Sequence record: MT708547.1
DNA length: 64,000 nucleotides
Strand: one strand, 5' to 3'
The number at the start of each line of letters is the position of its first letter. Positions within the stretch are counted from its first letter, which is position 1. The translations under genes were made by a program, and so were the position numbers. Below, piece by piece: positions 54,833-64,000 of the stretch. Below the pieces are notes generated by a model, which was given only the letters and a program-made list of their open reading frames with translations, did no database searches and had not been told where the DNA came from.

Positions 54833-55402
54833 ATGAATTTAGAAGAACAGAAGAAAATCGCTTCAAGAAAACAAAAGAAAGGGATTGATATTAAGTACTA
54901 CAATACTGATTTTGATTTAGTACTAAATCCAGATGTCACATTTAGTGGATATGTAGTAAGAACAGAAAAAAATACATTGTCAAATATTAAAGAATATGAA
55001 AATGGAAAAGAGATTGGAATCATTTCATTTAGACCTACACAAACCCCCACCATAAATGTTGTTCGTTATAAAAGCTATTATGAAGAACGATACGTAAATG
55101 GAAATCTTTCTTTGCAATTCAATGCAACATGTGATTCATTATTCGGTGAATATATAAAATATGATCAAAATGGTGATATTTTAATGAGATATTACTATAA
55201 TAATAATGTTAATTGTACTGAAGAAATCATGGATTTTATTGGATTTAATGGTACAATTGAAGAGTTTAAATATTATACATTTAAAGAAGATGAAGAATTT
55301 AATATTTTAATGCGTTATGGGAGTCACTTTAAATTATTAAAAGAACAAGAAAAAAAACCTCAGTACTTTGACGGTTTATTTGAGAGGTTATATAAAAAAT
55401 AG
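54833..55402 (+). CDS. Protein with MORN-variant-like repeats
   Basis: YENGKEIG..YVNGNL..GEYIKYDQNG. Confidence 0.5.
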   Translation: MNLEEQKKIASRKQKKGIDIKYYNTDFDLVLNPDVTFSGYVVRTEKNTLSNIKEYENGKEIGIISFRPTQTPTINVVRYKSYYEERYVNGNLSLQFNATCDSLFGEYIKYDQNGDILMRYYYNNNVNCTEEIMDFIGFNGTIEEFKYYTFKEDEEFNILMRYGSHFKLLKEQEKKPQYFDGLFERLYKK

Positions 55403-55410
55403 GGAAATAA

Positions 55411-56055
55411 ATGAGAAAAGGAAGTAAAAAAAGTGATTTAGTTCACGGATTTGGTATAAATGATATACATAGAGATTCAAAATTAGATAGTGATTATTAT
55501 AGATGTTATGGTATATGGGTTGGATTTTTGCGTAGATGTTATAGTAATAATAGATCTCTAAAGAATATTTCATATACAAATACTGTTGTATGTGACGAGT
55601 GGAAATACTATTCAAATTTCAAAATATGGTATTATAATAATTACATAGAAGGTTATCAAATAGATAAAGATGTAATTGGTGGTACATTAGATATATATTC
55701 ACCAGAAACGTGTGCTTTCATACCTAACTTGATTAATAGCTGTATTATTGATGGTAATAGAAAAGATAAGAGTACGCCAATTGGTGTTTCATTATCTATA
55801 TATAAAAACAATGTCAAGTACAGAACCTGTATAACAAAATATGGTAAACAATTAAAAAATTTCGGTTTATATGATAATCCGTATGATGCACATAAAATTT
55901 GGCAAATTGAAAAACGTAATTATCTTTTAGAATTAATTGATAAGTACAGTAATGATGTAGTACCAGAAGTCATTCAAGGATTACAACGACGAGTTGATAT
56001 TTTGAATAATGATATTTTAAATGGAATAGAGACAAAAACAATAAGTAAAGTATAA
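55411..56055 (+). mobile_element. Free-standing HNH-type homing endonuclease with AP2-like C-terminus
   Basis: W..FLRRCY..VCDEW..F..W..IDKD..YSPETC.F..PIGV..FGLYD..AH. Confidence 0.7.
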
Positions 56056-56068
56056 GGATTATACAATC

Positions 56069-56587
56069 ATGGAAGAAGAAAAGAAAGATAAACATGCCGT
56101 ACATTTTACAGGTGGTCATGATATATGGACTACTCCACTTGATTTTTTTAAGAAATTAGATGATGTTTGGCATTTTACATTAGATAGTGCTTGTGTAAAA
56201 GAAACTGCGTTATGCTCTAAGTACTATACACCAGAAACTGATGGTTTATCTCAGGATTGGGGGAACGAAATTGTATGGTGTAATTGTCCTTACAGTGATA
56301 TAAAAACTTGGTTATCTAAGTGTGCAGATGCGTATAAAAAAGGTGCTACCGTACTGATATTAGTTCCTGCTCGTACCGAGACTATTGCATTTCAAAATTA
56401 TGCTATGCCAATTGCTGATTGTATTACCTTTATTAAAGGTAGATTAAAATTTGGTGATCCTGCTAATCCAGAACGTAAAACAACTAGTGCACCGTTCCCA
56501 TCATGTCTAATAGTACTGGATAAGAATCTAACACAAGCGAAAATAGATTGCCTAAAATCATTAGGAAACACTATGGTTAACATATGA
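56069..56587 (+). CDS. Phage DNA N6-adenine methyltransferase (Dam/T1-type family)
   Basis: WTTP..FF..L..F.LD.A..Y..DGL.QDW..WCNCPYS..LVPART..F..GRLKF..APFPS. Confidence 0.85.
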   Translation: MEEEKKDKHAVHFTGGHDIWTTPLDFFKKLDDVWHFTLDSACVKETALCSKYYTPETDGLSQDWGNEIVWCNCPYSDIKTWLSKCADAYKKGATVLILVPARTETIAFQNYAMPIADCITFIKGRLKFGDPANPERKTTSAPFPSCLIVLDKNLTQAKIDCLKSLGNTMVNI

Positions 56588-57120
56588 ATAAATGTATAAT
56601 TACTTTTGGTAGAATAAATCCAATTCATTTAGGTCATGGGATTTTATTCAATAAAGTTCAAGATATTAGTACTGAATTAAATGCAGATTTAAAAATTTAT
56701 CTTAGTACTACACAAGATCCAAAGAAAAATCCACTTCCACCTAATCTAAAACAATATTACACTTCAAATTTTTATCCAAACATTAAAGATGTATTGAGTA
56801 CTGAAAGTAATGTAATTAATATTATGCAAGATTTGGATTCTCAGTACAGTGATATTATTTTTGTTTGTGGATCAGATCGAATAAATTCCTTTAAAAAAGC
56901 ACTTGACAGTGCTAATGGAAAATTATATAATTTCGATTCAATAGAAGTAATTCAGGCTGGGATTGAAAGAGAATGTAGCAAATATAGTAGTACTGTAATG
57001 CGTTCGTATGCACTTGATGGTGATTACAACTCATTTAGTACCTTTTTACCTGGAAAAGATGTTTATTTAAAAGAACAGCTATTTGAAGATGTTCGACTGT
57101 ATTTGGGAGTACAAAAATGA
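56584..57120 (+). CDS. Cytidyltransferase-like nucleotidyltransferase
   Basis: TFGRINPIHLGH (HxGH), GSDR, SSTVMR. Confidence 0.85.
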   Translation: MNKCIITFGRINPIHLGHGILFNKVQDISTELNADLKIYLSTTQDPKKNPLPPNLKQYYTSNFYPNIKDVLSTESNVINIMQDLDSQYSDIIFVCGSDRINSFKKALDSANGKLYNFDSIEVIQAGIERECSKYSSTVMRSYALDGDYNSFSTFLPGKDVYLKEQLFEDVRLYLGVQK

Positions 57121-57407
57121 TTCTGTTTAACACCAATGCACTACATTGGGATGAAAATGAAAAAACTGGATTCAGGAAAATTTCAGTACTATATAAATCA
57201 AACAATGTATTGAATATTATTGCAAATAAAACGAATAATCAATGGATGACACAAGTGGTACCTATGGGTTATTCATATACAAAAGATGAAGTTGAATTTC
57301 TTGTTGAGTTGTACAAAATTATAGTACCTATTATGGATTTTTTAGAACAAGATATTGTAATGGTACATTCCGATGTTCTTGATTTTCTGGAATACATAAA
57401 TGTCTAA
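57117..57407 (+). CDS. Hypothetical protein
   Basis: coupled ORF. Confidence 0.75.
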   Translation: MILFNTNALHWDENEKTGFRKISVLYKSNNVLNIIANKTNNQWMTQVVPMGYSYTKDEVEFLVELYKIIVPIMDFLEQDIVMVHSDVLDFLEYINV

Positions 57408-57660
57408 AATAGATATTTCATCTATATTCTATGAATCATGGGTTGAACTTCGAGATGAACTGGCTATCATTGAAAGTACTGAATTGTGGTTAATCAAGAG
57501 CCAAAAAAAATTTTCAGTAGAATTAAAACATAAATTACATCACGCATATAAAAATTCTCTACCTTGCACTTTTAAAACACAAAACATTAATTACGATGGT
57601 AAAATAATATACTTAGACGATGGTTGTATATTTTATCTGGTAAAAATTGAATACATTTAA
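57400..57660 (+). CDS. Hypothetical protein
   Basis: coupled ORF. Confidence 0.7.
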   Translation: MSKIDISSIFYESWVELRDELAIIESTELWLIKSQKKFSVELKHKLHHAYKNSLPCTFKTQNINYDGKIIYLDDGCIFYLVKIEYI

Positions 57661-57669
57661 GGAATAAAA

Positions 57670-58275
57670 ATGAATACTAATAGTAATACTTATTTTCGTT
57701 ATCTACGTCTGGGTCTATCTCTTCGTCCAGTACGTGGTTATTGTGATGATCTGGAAGATTTTGAATACGCGTGGGCTGTTCATTGTGAAAATGTACAATA
57801 CGTACTTAATGATTTTGGTGAATTTGAAAAAGATAATGATGCAACTTCAATGATGAATGCAATTGATAATCTTGATTGTATTGCTAATTCAGATCGTCAT
57901 GAAACAGTACTTGCAGTACAGAAATATATTGAAAGCAATCTTCACAAACCGGTTTGGTGTATGGTAAGCACTGAAGAACAACTTGGAATTACTTTTGGTA
58001 GTGAAGATGGTTATGTTGCACAATTAATTATGGATTTCAGTACTGAAGAAAAATTCATCTCTTATCGTGATAAAATTTATCAAGCACTATTGCGTAGTGG
58101 TATCAGTGAAGATCAAGTACCAGAAATTGCACCAATGAAAGATTTCTTCCTTATCCCAAGTGATGAAAAATATGATGCAATGTTTTATAAAATGAATGTG
58201 CCAGGTGTTATTGTTGAACATTTTGATGATGATAATACTGAGTGGTTGGACTTGGGTGATGACGAAGACGATTGA
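57670..58275 (+). CDS. Acidic hypothetical protein
   Basis: AAGGA SD, high-expression codons. Confidence 0.85.
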   Translation: MNTNSNTYFRYLRLGLSLRPVRGYCDDLEDFEYAWAVHCENVQYVLNDFGEFEKDNDATSMMNAIDNLDCIANSDRHETVLAVQKYIESNLHKPVWCMVSTEEQLGITFGSEDGYVAQLIMDFSTEEKFISYRDKIYQALLRSGISEDQVPEIAPMKDFFLIPSDEKYDAMFYKMNVPGVIVEHFDDDNTEWLDLGDDEDD

Positions 58276-58361
58276 TGATTTTTATTGCTTTATAGAAAAT
58301 ACAACTGCACTATTAGAGTATTTTGACAATACTCCTTATCATAAAATATTAGTGCAGGTTT

Positions 58362-58688
58362 ATGATGATCTTTTTTATGAATATGGTAACTATTTTGATT
58401 GGTTCGCACATCTTAGTACATAACTTTTTATTACTTCTTAATAACAAAATACAAATTAACTATATTTTCAGAGATGATCCTTTATATAAAAATGAAATCT
58501 CTGATATATACAAGAATATGACAACTGAAATCTATCATTATTACATGAATAAAAAATTCAAGTGCTATTATATCAAAGGAATTGTAAAACCAGCAAGGTT
58601 ATATATATGCACTAAAAATGATATGGTGAGTAAAGTTATAGATATCAAAGATTTAAAAGATGAGGTTCTTAGGGATGAGTGGTGTTGA
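58362..58688 (+). CDS. Hypothetical protein
   Basis: ORF track. Confidence 0.6.
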   Translation: MMIFFMNMVTILIGSHILVHNFLLLLNNKIQINYIFRDDPLYKNEISDIYKNMTTEIYHYYMNKKFKCYYIKGIVKPARLYICTKNDMVSKVIDIKDLKDEVLRDEWC

Positions 58689-58992
58689 ATGTGTGAAAAA
58701 GAAAATCGAATTTATACAAATGACATGTAAGGTAATTTTCGATTTAGCACACAGTAACAACATGCCAACAGCATTTAAAGAAGTACTATTATTAAGTACT
58801 GAGATTATTTTTGAAGAATATTTCAGTACTAAATTGTATTTATATTATGGTAATTTTTGCAAAATTCACGGCTTTACTATAAGTAGTTCAAATGGAAGTG
58901 TTTATATTTTAACTTCATTTGGTCATTTCGAATTAACAGAAAGTACTGTAAAAAATTTATATGAATATCCATCAAAAATGAGAGTAAATTAA
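58660..58992 (+). CDS. Hypothetical protein (EY/FNxKY-like)
   Basis: FEEYFSTKLY. Confidence 0.65.
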   Translation: MRFLGMSGVECVKKKIEFIQMTCKVIFDLAHSNNMPTAFKEVLLLSTEIIFEEYFSTKLYLYYGNFCKIHGFTISSSNGSVYILTSFGHFELTESTVKNLYEYPSKMRVN

Positions 58993-59192
58993 TGAAAAAA
59001 TGTTCGTGTTGTGGATCTACTCAAATTGCACGTTTTCGATTAGATTCTGATTGGGCCGTTGGTTGTGGTGATTTCTACCCAGTGAATGATTATTCAGAAT
59101 ATACTGAAGAACAACTGAAAGATTTTGATAATAGTTGGAGGCCAGATTTTGAATTTCTTTATTGTTTGAATTGTAATTCAGTACAAGAATGA
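58992..59192 (+). CDS. Small zinc-ribbon protein
   Basis: CSCCGS ... CLNC. Confidence 0.7.
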   Translation: MKKCSCCGSTQIARFRLDSDWAVGCGDFYPVNDYSEYTEEQLKDFDNSWRPDFEFLYCLNCNSVQE

Positions 59193-59461
59193 TTAAACCA
59201 CATTATTATTGTATTCATTACTTGGGAACGATTCTTTGTAATGAATTTGCGAAAAATAAACAGTATAAATTTAGTACTGTAATACGTGATATATTGTTAT
59301 ACATTGAAAAAGAATTAACATTATTTTATAAAAATACTGAATATACTTATTGTTATAAAAAGTACAAAATACTTAATTTGTCATTTGATAATAGAGGATT
59401 TTTATATGTAATGAGTACTGAAAATTATTCTCATTTGGTTCTACATACGGATTTATCATGA
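59189..59461 (+). CDS. EY/FNxKY-like protein
   Basis: IRDILLYIEKELTLFYKN. Confidence 0.7.
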   Translation: MIKPHYYCIHYLGTILCNEFAKNKQYKFSTVIRDILLYIEKELTLFYKNTEYTYCYKKYKILNLSFDNRGFLYVMSTENYSHLVLHTDLS

Positions 59462-59715
59462 ATAAACAAAAATTATATTCAAATATTGTATATTGTTTGA
59501 CATATTCAGTACTTAATCATTTCAATTATTCATATTGTATTAGAAGTATTCTAGATAATATAGAAGATGAACTCAATATTATATATACTGGAAAAAAGTT
59601 TACAATCAACAATATAAGCCACCGATGTAGGGGTATTGTTATTTCTAATGGTATTATATTTGTTTTATATGGCATAAATTACAATTGTTATTTTAAGAGG
59701 GCTAAATTCAAATGA
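59458..59715 (+). CDS. EY/FNxKY-like protein
   Basis: IRSILDNIEDELNIIYTG. Confidence 0.7.
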   Translation: MNKQKLYSNIVYCLTYSVLNHFNYSYCIRSILDNIEDELNIIYTGKKFTINNISHRCRGIVISNGIIFVLYGINYNCYFKRAKFK

Positions 59716-60329
59716 AAACTGATTATTCAAAATTAAGAACAAAACTTTATGGAATTATAGAGGGATTATCTCTAATCGATCCAAAGTACTATGAATTACG
59801 TCGATTACTTGCATTTGCTGAGCAATATCATTGTAATACACGTAAAGATGGTTCTGAAGAATTCTCTCATCAATTACAAATGCTTGGATTGGCTCTTACG
59901 CTTCATGAATCACTATGTAAGCCGTTTGAAGTATACATGGCAATTGTATCTCATGATTTAATCGAAGACTATCCAGAAGCTTCTGAAACGCTTGAGATGT
60001 TATTCCCTGATGTAATCCAATATAGTCGCAAACTGGCTAAATTTAAAGATTCAAATACTGATGAAGATTCGTACTATGGATACTTTAATCAGCTTGCTAA
60101 TTGTCAAGTATGTTCAATTGTAAAACTCGTAGATAGAGTGCACAATTTGAGTACCGCACCTGGTGTATTCAGTACTGAAAAAATTATAAGTTATTGTGAT
60201 GAAACTGATAAGTATTTCTTTGATATGATAAAAAAATCCAAAGTTATGTTCAATCAACGTTCAGCATATGAAGTTCTAAAATTCATGTTGAATACCGAAG
60301 TCAGTACTATCAGGAATTTATTAAAATGA
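59712..60329 (+). CDS. HD-domain hydrolase, RelA/SpoT/Mesh1 (p)ppGpp-hydrolase-like
   Basis: FAEQYH..RKDG..F.H; SHDLIEDY; VKLVDRVHNL. Confidence 0.8.
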   Translation: MKTDYSKLRTKLYGIIEGLSLIDPKYYELRRLLAFAEQYHCNTRKDGSEEFSHQLQMLGLALTLHESLCKPFEVYMAIVSHDLIEDYPEASETLEMLFPDVIQYSRKLAKFKDSNTDEDSYYGYFNQLANCQVCSIVKLVDRVHNLSTAPGVFSTEKIISYCDETDKYFFDMIKKSKVMFNQRSAYEVLKFMLNTEVSTIRNLLK

Positions 60330-60532
60330 AAATAGTTTTAGAATTTGCATTTATTATTTTTGGTTTCATTTGGTTCACTGCTATTTCAATTTTTGCTGGA
60401 TATCTCATTATTAAACCGGATATGTTGATTTTCTACTGGATTTTGACTTTAATTGCATTCATCAGTGTTGTCTATTTGTCTTATAAACTGGTATATCTAT
60501 ATGCAGATGAAATCAAAAAATATAACACTTAG
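60326..60532 (+). CDS. Small two-TM membrane protein
   Basis: two hydrophobic segments. Confidence 0.75.
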   Translation: MKIVLEFAFIIFGFIWFTAISIFAGYLIIKPDMLIFYWILTLIAFISVVYLSYKLVYLYADEIKKYNT

Positions 60533-60639
60533 TTGGTTTTATGTTGAAAAGATTTAAAATCGATATTGAATAAACATTTCTCCTTGTGATATAATACTAT
60601 ATGTAAAAGGATTTTACATAAGCACAAGGAGAGTCAAAG

Positions 60640-61368
60640 ATGATAGATAATTTAGCATTTGCATCCGAAATGGCTAATCAGTTGAACATGAGTAATTTTC
60701 AGAGTCTTACACCAGTGATGGCGGAATATGCTGTTGCTCATGCCACCTGTGGTGAACAAGTTGGATCAGCAAATTTATTAGCTGATGTATTCAGTACTGT
60801 ACAAAGTACCCAATACAGTGTTAAAATGTATAGGGATAAGTTTGTACAGTTGTATATGCTTGATGTAATAAAAGAAGAACCAGAATGGACTGATTTTATT
60901 ATTGAACGTAGGATTAGTGGTGTTTCTAATCCAGATAAAGATGCAGTACAAGTATTTGATGAAATACTTCAAGATGTATATAGTAATGAACAAAAAAGTC
61001 TAAATCAATACAATGTACGTTCTACCAAGACAGTGCTCGTGGGATTTGATGAAGATGAAGAATATTACTATTTTCGTTGTACTGAAGTAGATTTTAAATA
61101 CGAAACCCCCAGTACAGTTAAAGTTAAAGAATTTACTGAAAAGAGTAAAAACTTCAAAAAACATTCTTCTAATATTAGTAATATAGTTGGTTATAATAAA
61201 GATGGTATTGACATATATCAATGGGTACACCCAAATAACTCAACTTATACCAGATGTTTAAAGAAACGTTATAATTTAAAACAAGAAGAATCATTTTATT
61301 TTAAGATAAAGAAGCATTCCTATCAACGACCTGATGAATCAGTGTTACTTGGTATGATTTACTTCTGA
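60640..61368 (+). CDS. Hypothetical protein
   Basis: own promoter + AGGAG SD. Confidence 0.85.
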   Translation: MIDNLAFASEMANQLNMSNFQSLTPVMAEYAVAHATCGEQVGSANLLADVFSTVQSTQYSVKMYRDKFVQLYMLDVIKEEPEWTDFIIERRISGVSNPDKDAVQVFDEILQDVYSNEQKSLNQYNVRSTKTVLVGFDEDEEYYYFRCTEVDFKYETPSTVKVKEFTEKSKNFKKHSSNISNIVGYNKDGIDIYQWVHPNNSTYTRCLKKRYNLKQEESFYFKIKKHSYQRPDESVLLGMIYF

Positions 61369-61376
61369 TTTTAGTC

Positions 61377-61408
61377 GTCCAGTACAATATAAGTACTGGA
61401 CATTTTTT
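61377..61408 (+). terminator. Terminator
   Basis: GTCCAGTAC-AATATAA-GTACTGGAC-ATTTTTT. Confidence 0.7.
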
Positions 61409-61420
61409 TAAGGTAAAAAA

Positions 61421-61699
61421 ATGAATATATTACAAAAAGTTAATCTATTTGGAAAAGCGTATACAAATGCTTTTTATGGTATTGATAAACGTTATGAATA
61501 TGCTAATTTTTTAAATAGGGAAATTGAATTTAGTGGAATGAATAGGTTATTGTCTGGTAAACGAGTAACTATTATTTTTAATGGTTATCAGGGATATATT
61601 AATCAAATTCGTCATCTAGATAAGAAAATTTTTGCATACGTTTATACTAATAATGGAAATTTATTGATTAATTTATCTTTTTTGGAATTGATTGAATGA
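61421..61699 (+). CDS. Hypothetical protein (paralog of 61696, 62010)
   Basis: M..L.KV.L..KAY/KVF N-terminus. Confidence 0.75.
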   Translation: MNILQKVNLFGKAYTNAFYGIDKRYEYANFLNREIEFSGMNRLLSGKRVTIIFNGYQGYINQIRHLDKKIFAYVYTNNGNLLINLSFLELIE

Positions 61700-61980
61700 A
61701 ATTAATAGACCAAGTTATTCTTTATAAGAAAGTATTTGATTATATGGAAGATTTTCTTGATGGTACACATTATGAATGTTGCATTTATGTTACATGGAAA
61801 AAGAATGTAATGGAAATAGAAAAAGCTACCATTTCTAAAATAGTGCGTATAAAAAGCCTTGATACTATTGGTACTATTATTGAACTTAATATAGGAAGAT
61901 ATTTTGCATTTTTTGGTGTAAAAGTACCTGAAAACGATTTTGCTCTTATAATTTCATTAGATGATATTGAGTTTCTTTGA
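61696..61980 (+). CDS. Hypothetical protein
   Basis: coupled ORF. Confidence 0.75.
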   Translation: MKLIDQVILYKKVFDYMEDFLDGTHYECCIYVTWKKNVMEIEKATISKIVRIKSLDTIGTIIELNIGRYFAFFGVKVPENDFALIISLDDIEFL

Positions 61981-62009
61981 GTTTTATCTATTTGGTAATA
62001 TAAAATATT

Positions 62010-62321
62010 ATGGATAAATTACACAAAGCAGTATTATTTTTAAAAGCATATAGCTATGAGTACTTACAAAGTCATGGAAAATGGAATGGTAGTTATAAGG
62101 ATTTATATTCATCTGTTTTTCTTAATGAAGTAAATCTTGTGATATCAGAAGTACAAAAATTATATGAAAGAAAACTTGTGCATACGAGATTTGGTATTGG
62201 AATTATTATTAGTATATTTTGCTTCACATACGGTTCCTTTTTAGTCGCAATAGAAACAATAGTAGAAGGCAAACCACAAACAATAGTATTAAAATTAAGT
62301 GAGATATATCTGGATGAATGA
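62010..62321 (+). CDS. Hypothetical protein
   Basis: ORF track. Confidence 0.75.
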   Translation: MDKLHKAVLFLKAYSYEYLQSHGKWNGSYKDLYSSVFLNEVNLVISEVQKLYERKLVHTRFGIGIIISIFCFTYGSFLVAIETIVEGKPQTIVLKLSEIYLDE

Positions 62322-62586
62322 ACATTTTAATAGAATACAATTAATCACCCAACTTCTACAAATGGTTGATGACACATTTGATGAATTAAAAAATAATCTT
62401 ATGAATAAGAAAATCAAATGTAAGGTATATATGAATGATGGTGATTATTTCGATATGCGTGAAGTTGAAGTAACTGGAATTGTTACTAATATTACTTTGT
62501 ATGAATATGATCTAACTATTACAGTGAAAATCGACGAAGGTCGTGAATATTACGTTTGTAATCAACATATTGAGGTGGTTGAATGA
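62299..62586 (+). CDS. Hypothetical protein
   Basis: ORF track. Confidence 0.7.
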   Translation: MRYIWMNEHFNRIQLITQLLQMVDDTFDELKNNLMNKKIKCKVYMNDGDYFDMREVEVTGIVTNITLYEYDLTITVKIDEGREYYVCNQHIEVVE

Positions 62587-63728
62587 GTTTAGTAGAAATC
62601 TATAATGATTTAATGAATTTAGTACAAAATAATGAAGCATTTGAATATAAAGATCAGCGTTCAATTGGCGGTGGTTTGTATAGAATCTTTTCTTATCGAA
62701 TGGCCTCATATACTGATTTCTGTGAACCTAATGCCAAAGAAACACGAGGATCAATGTGGGAAATCAATGAAGATGGCACTATGATTCGTTGTGCGGCACG
62801 TACTATGAATAAATTTTTTAACGCATATGAAAACCCATTCACAATGTTTGATAAAAATATGCTTAGTACTGAAATTGAAGTGGCGATGGATAAACGAGAC
62901 GGTTCTATTATCAGTACTTTCAAGGATAATGACGGAATTATTCGTTGTAAATCTCACACTTCTCTATCTTCAGAACACGCAATTAATAGTAATGCTATCA
63001 TGCGTCCTGGTTCTAGTTTATATCAATACGTAGAAGAAGCTGAACTTCAACAATATACCGTGAACCTCGAATATACTTCACCTGAATATCGTATTGTATT
63101 GCCATATCAGAGCGAGAAACTGACTGTATTGAACGTTCGTCATCGAATCACTGGTGAACTACTGTGTGGTGAAAAACTGCGTCAGAAGTTTCCTATGCTC
63201 GCTATGCGTAGCACTAATATGATAAATGGTCAGAACATTGCAAGTAATTTTCCAATGCGTACTACAGTACTTGAAACTGTGGAAGCAGTAAAAGGAATGC
63301 GAGACATTGAAGGATTTGTAGCAGTACTGAAAGATGGCACAATGTTTAAAATTAAAACAGATTGGTACTGTGCTTTGCATTTCAATAAGGATAGTATTAA
63401 TGTTGATTCTAGACTTTACGAATCAGTGCTACAAGGTGCAAGTGATGATTTAAGGCAAATGTTCTCTAATGATCAGTATTGTCTTGATAAGATTAAAAGG
63501 ATGGAAGATTTAGTATTCAGTACTTATAATTCTTTTGAAAAATTTGTTAATGATTTTTACAATGAATTTAAACATTTAGAACGCAAAGAATATGCACTAA
63601 AAGTACAGAAACTTCTACCAAAAGAATTAAATCATCAGGGTTATGCTTTCTCTTTGTATAACAATAAACCGTTTGATTTAAAGGAAAACATGATCAAATA
63701 CAGCAAAGAAGTATTAAAAGATTTCTAA
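62583..63728 (+). CDS. rnlA: RNA ligase 1 (T4 RnlA-like)
   Basis: RIFSYR, RG, KFFN, motif I KRDGS, NLEY, EGFV, FKIKTDWY. Confidence 0.9.
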   Translation: MSLVEIYNDLMNLVQNNEAFEYKDQRSIGGGLYRIFSYRMASYTDFCEPNAKETRGSMWEINEDGTMIRCAARTMNKFFNAYENPFTMFDKNMLSTEIEVAMDKRDGSIISTFKDNDGIIRCKSHTSLSSEHAINSNAIMRPGSSLYQYVEEAELQQYTVNLEYTSPEYRIVLPYQSEKLTVLNVRHRITGELLCGEKLRQKFPMLAMRSTNMINGQNIASNFPMRTTVLETVEAVKGMRDIEGFVAVLKDGTMFKIKTDWYCALHFNKDSINVDSRLYESVLQGASDDLRQMFSNDQYCLDKIKRMEDLVFSTYNSFEKFVNDFYNEFKHLERKEYALKVQKLLPKELNHQGYAFSLYNNKPFDLKENMIKYSKEVLKDF

Positions 63729-63740
63729 TAAGGACACCAA

Positions 63741-63914
63741 ATGAAGAAAAGGAATTCGTGGAGTACTCCTGAAGAATATAGGAAGATTCAGTGTTATTTT
63801 GATACAATACACAAAGAAAAATCCAGTTCAGGAGTACGAAAAAACAGAAATAAAATTAATACTAAAAAGAAAGAACGTATATATTCTTTAGAACGCCATA
63901 CAAGAGAAGCTTAA
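63741..63914 (+). CDS. Small basic protein (57 aa; not in ORF track)
   Basis: AAGGA SD. Confidence 0.55.
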   Translation: MKKRNSWSTPEEYRKIQCYFDTIHKEKSSSGVRKNRNKINTKKKERIYSLERHTREA

Positions 63915-64000
63915 ACGGGAGATTATTATGAAAGTACAAATTCAGCACAGTATTGTTCAAGACATGTCAGTGGTTAAATTTAACAATCTTCATGATTTTT

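Overview
AT-rich lytic jumbo-phage DNA with no structural genes in view. The gene content (T4-type RNA ligase 1, phage Dam-family MTase, HxGH cytidyltransferase, HD hydrolase, HNH/AP2 endonuclease) and layout suggest a Rak2/GAP32/CBB-like enterobacterial phage, probably its left end; this is inference. All credible CDS lie on the + strand. Three zones: (1) 1-~20 kb, probably the long terminal repeat or first-injected DNA. It is built from more than 30 promoter-hairpin-SD cassettes, each driving one small gene, among them an H-NS/MvaT-like protein, a minimal Ser/Thr kinase, an ADP-ribosyltransferase-fold protein and acidic DNA-mimic candidates. It also carries a large non-coding layer: about 14 promoter-driven short hairpin RNAs with a covarying stem and a CCC-N3-GGGTGC-N6-GTAT core, an array of Fur boxes, CpxR/RstA-like TTTAC-N5-TTTAC boxes at fixed distances from those promoters, terminators whose stems contain the next -35 box, and larger structured RNA candidates. 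(2) ~20-54 kb, even more AT-rich, tightly packed arrays of at least three unannotated paralog families (about 36 'FQYST', 12 'LGTxxQ' and about 20 'EY..FNxKY' genes). (3) 54-64 kb, a second large structured RNA with ssDNA-type hairpins, followed by nucleotide/DNA/RNA-metabolism genes. The palindrome AGTACT/CAGTACTG is grossly over-represented throughout and helically phased in zone-1 promoters. The best candidate for a new system is the short-RNA plus host-regulator-box platform in zone 1. All family assignments are by eye from motifs; no searches were run.
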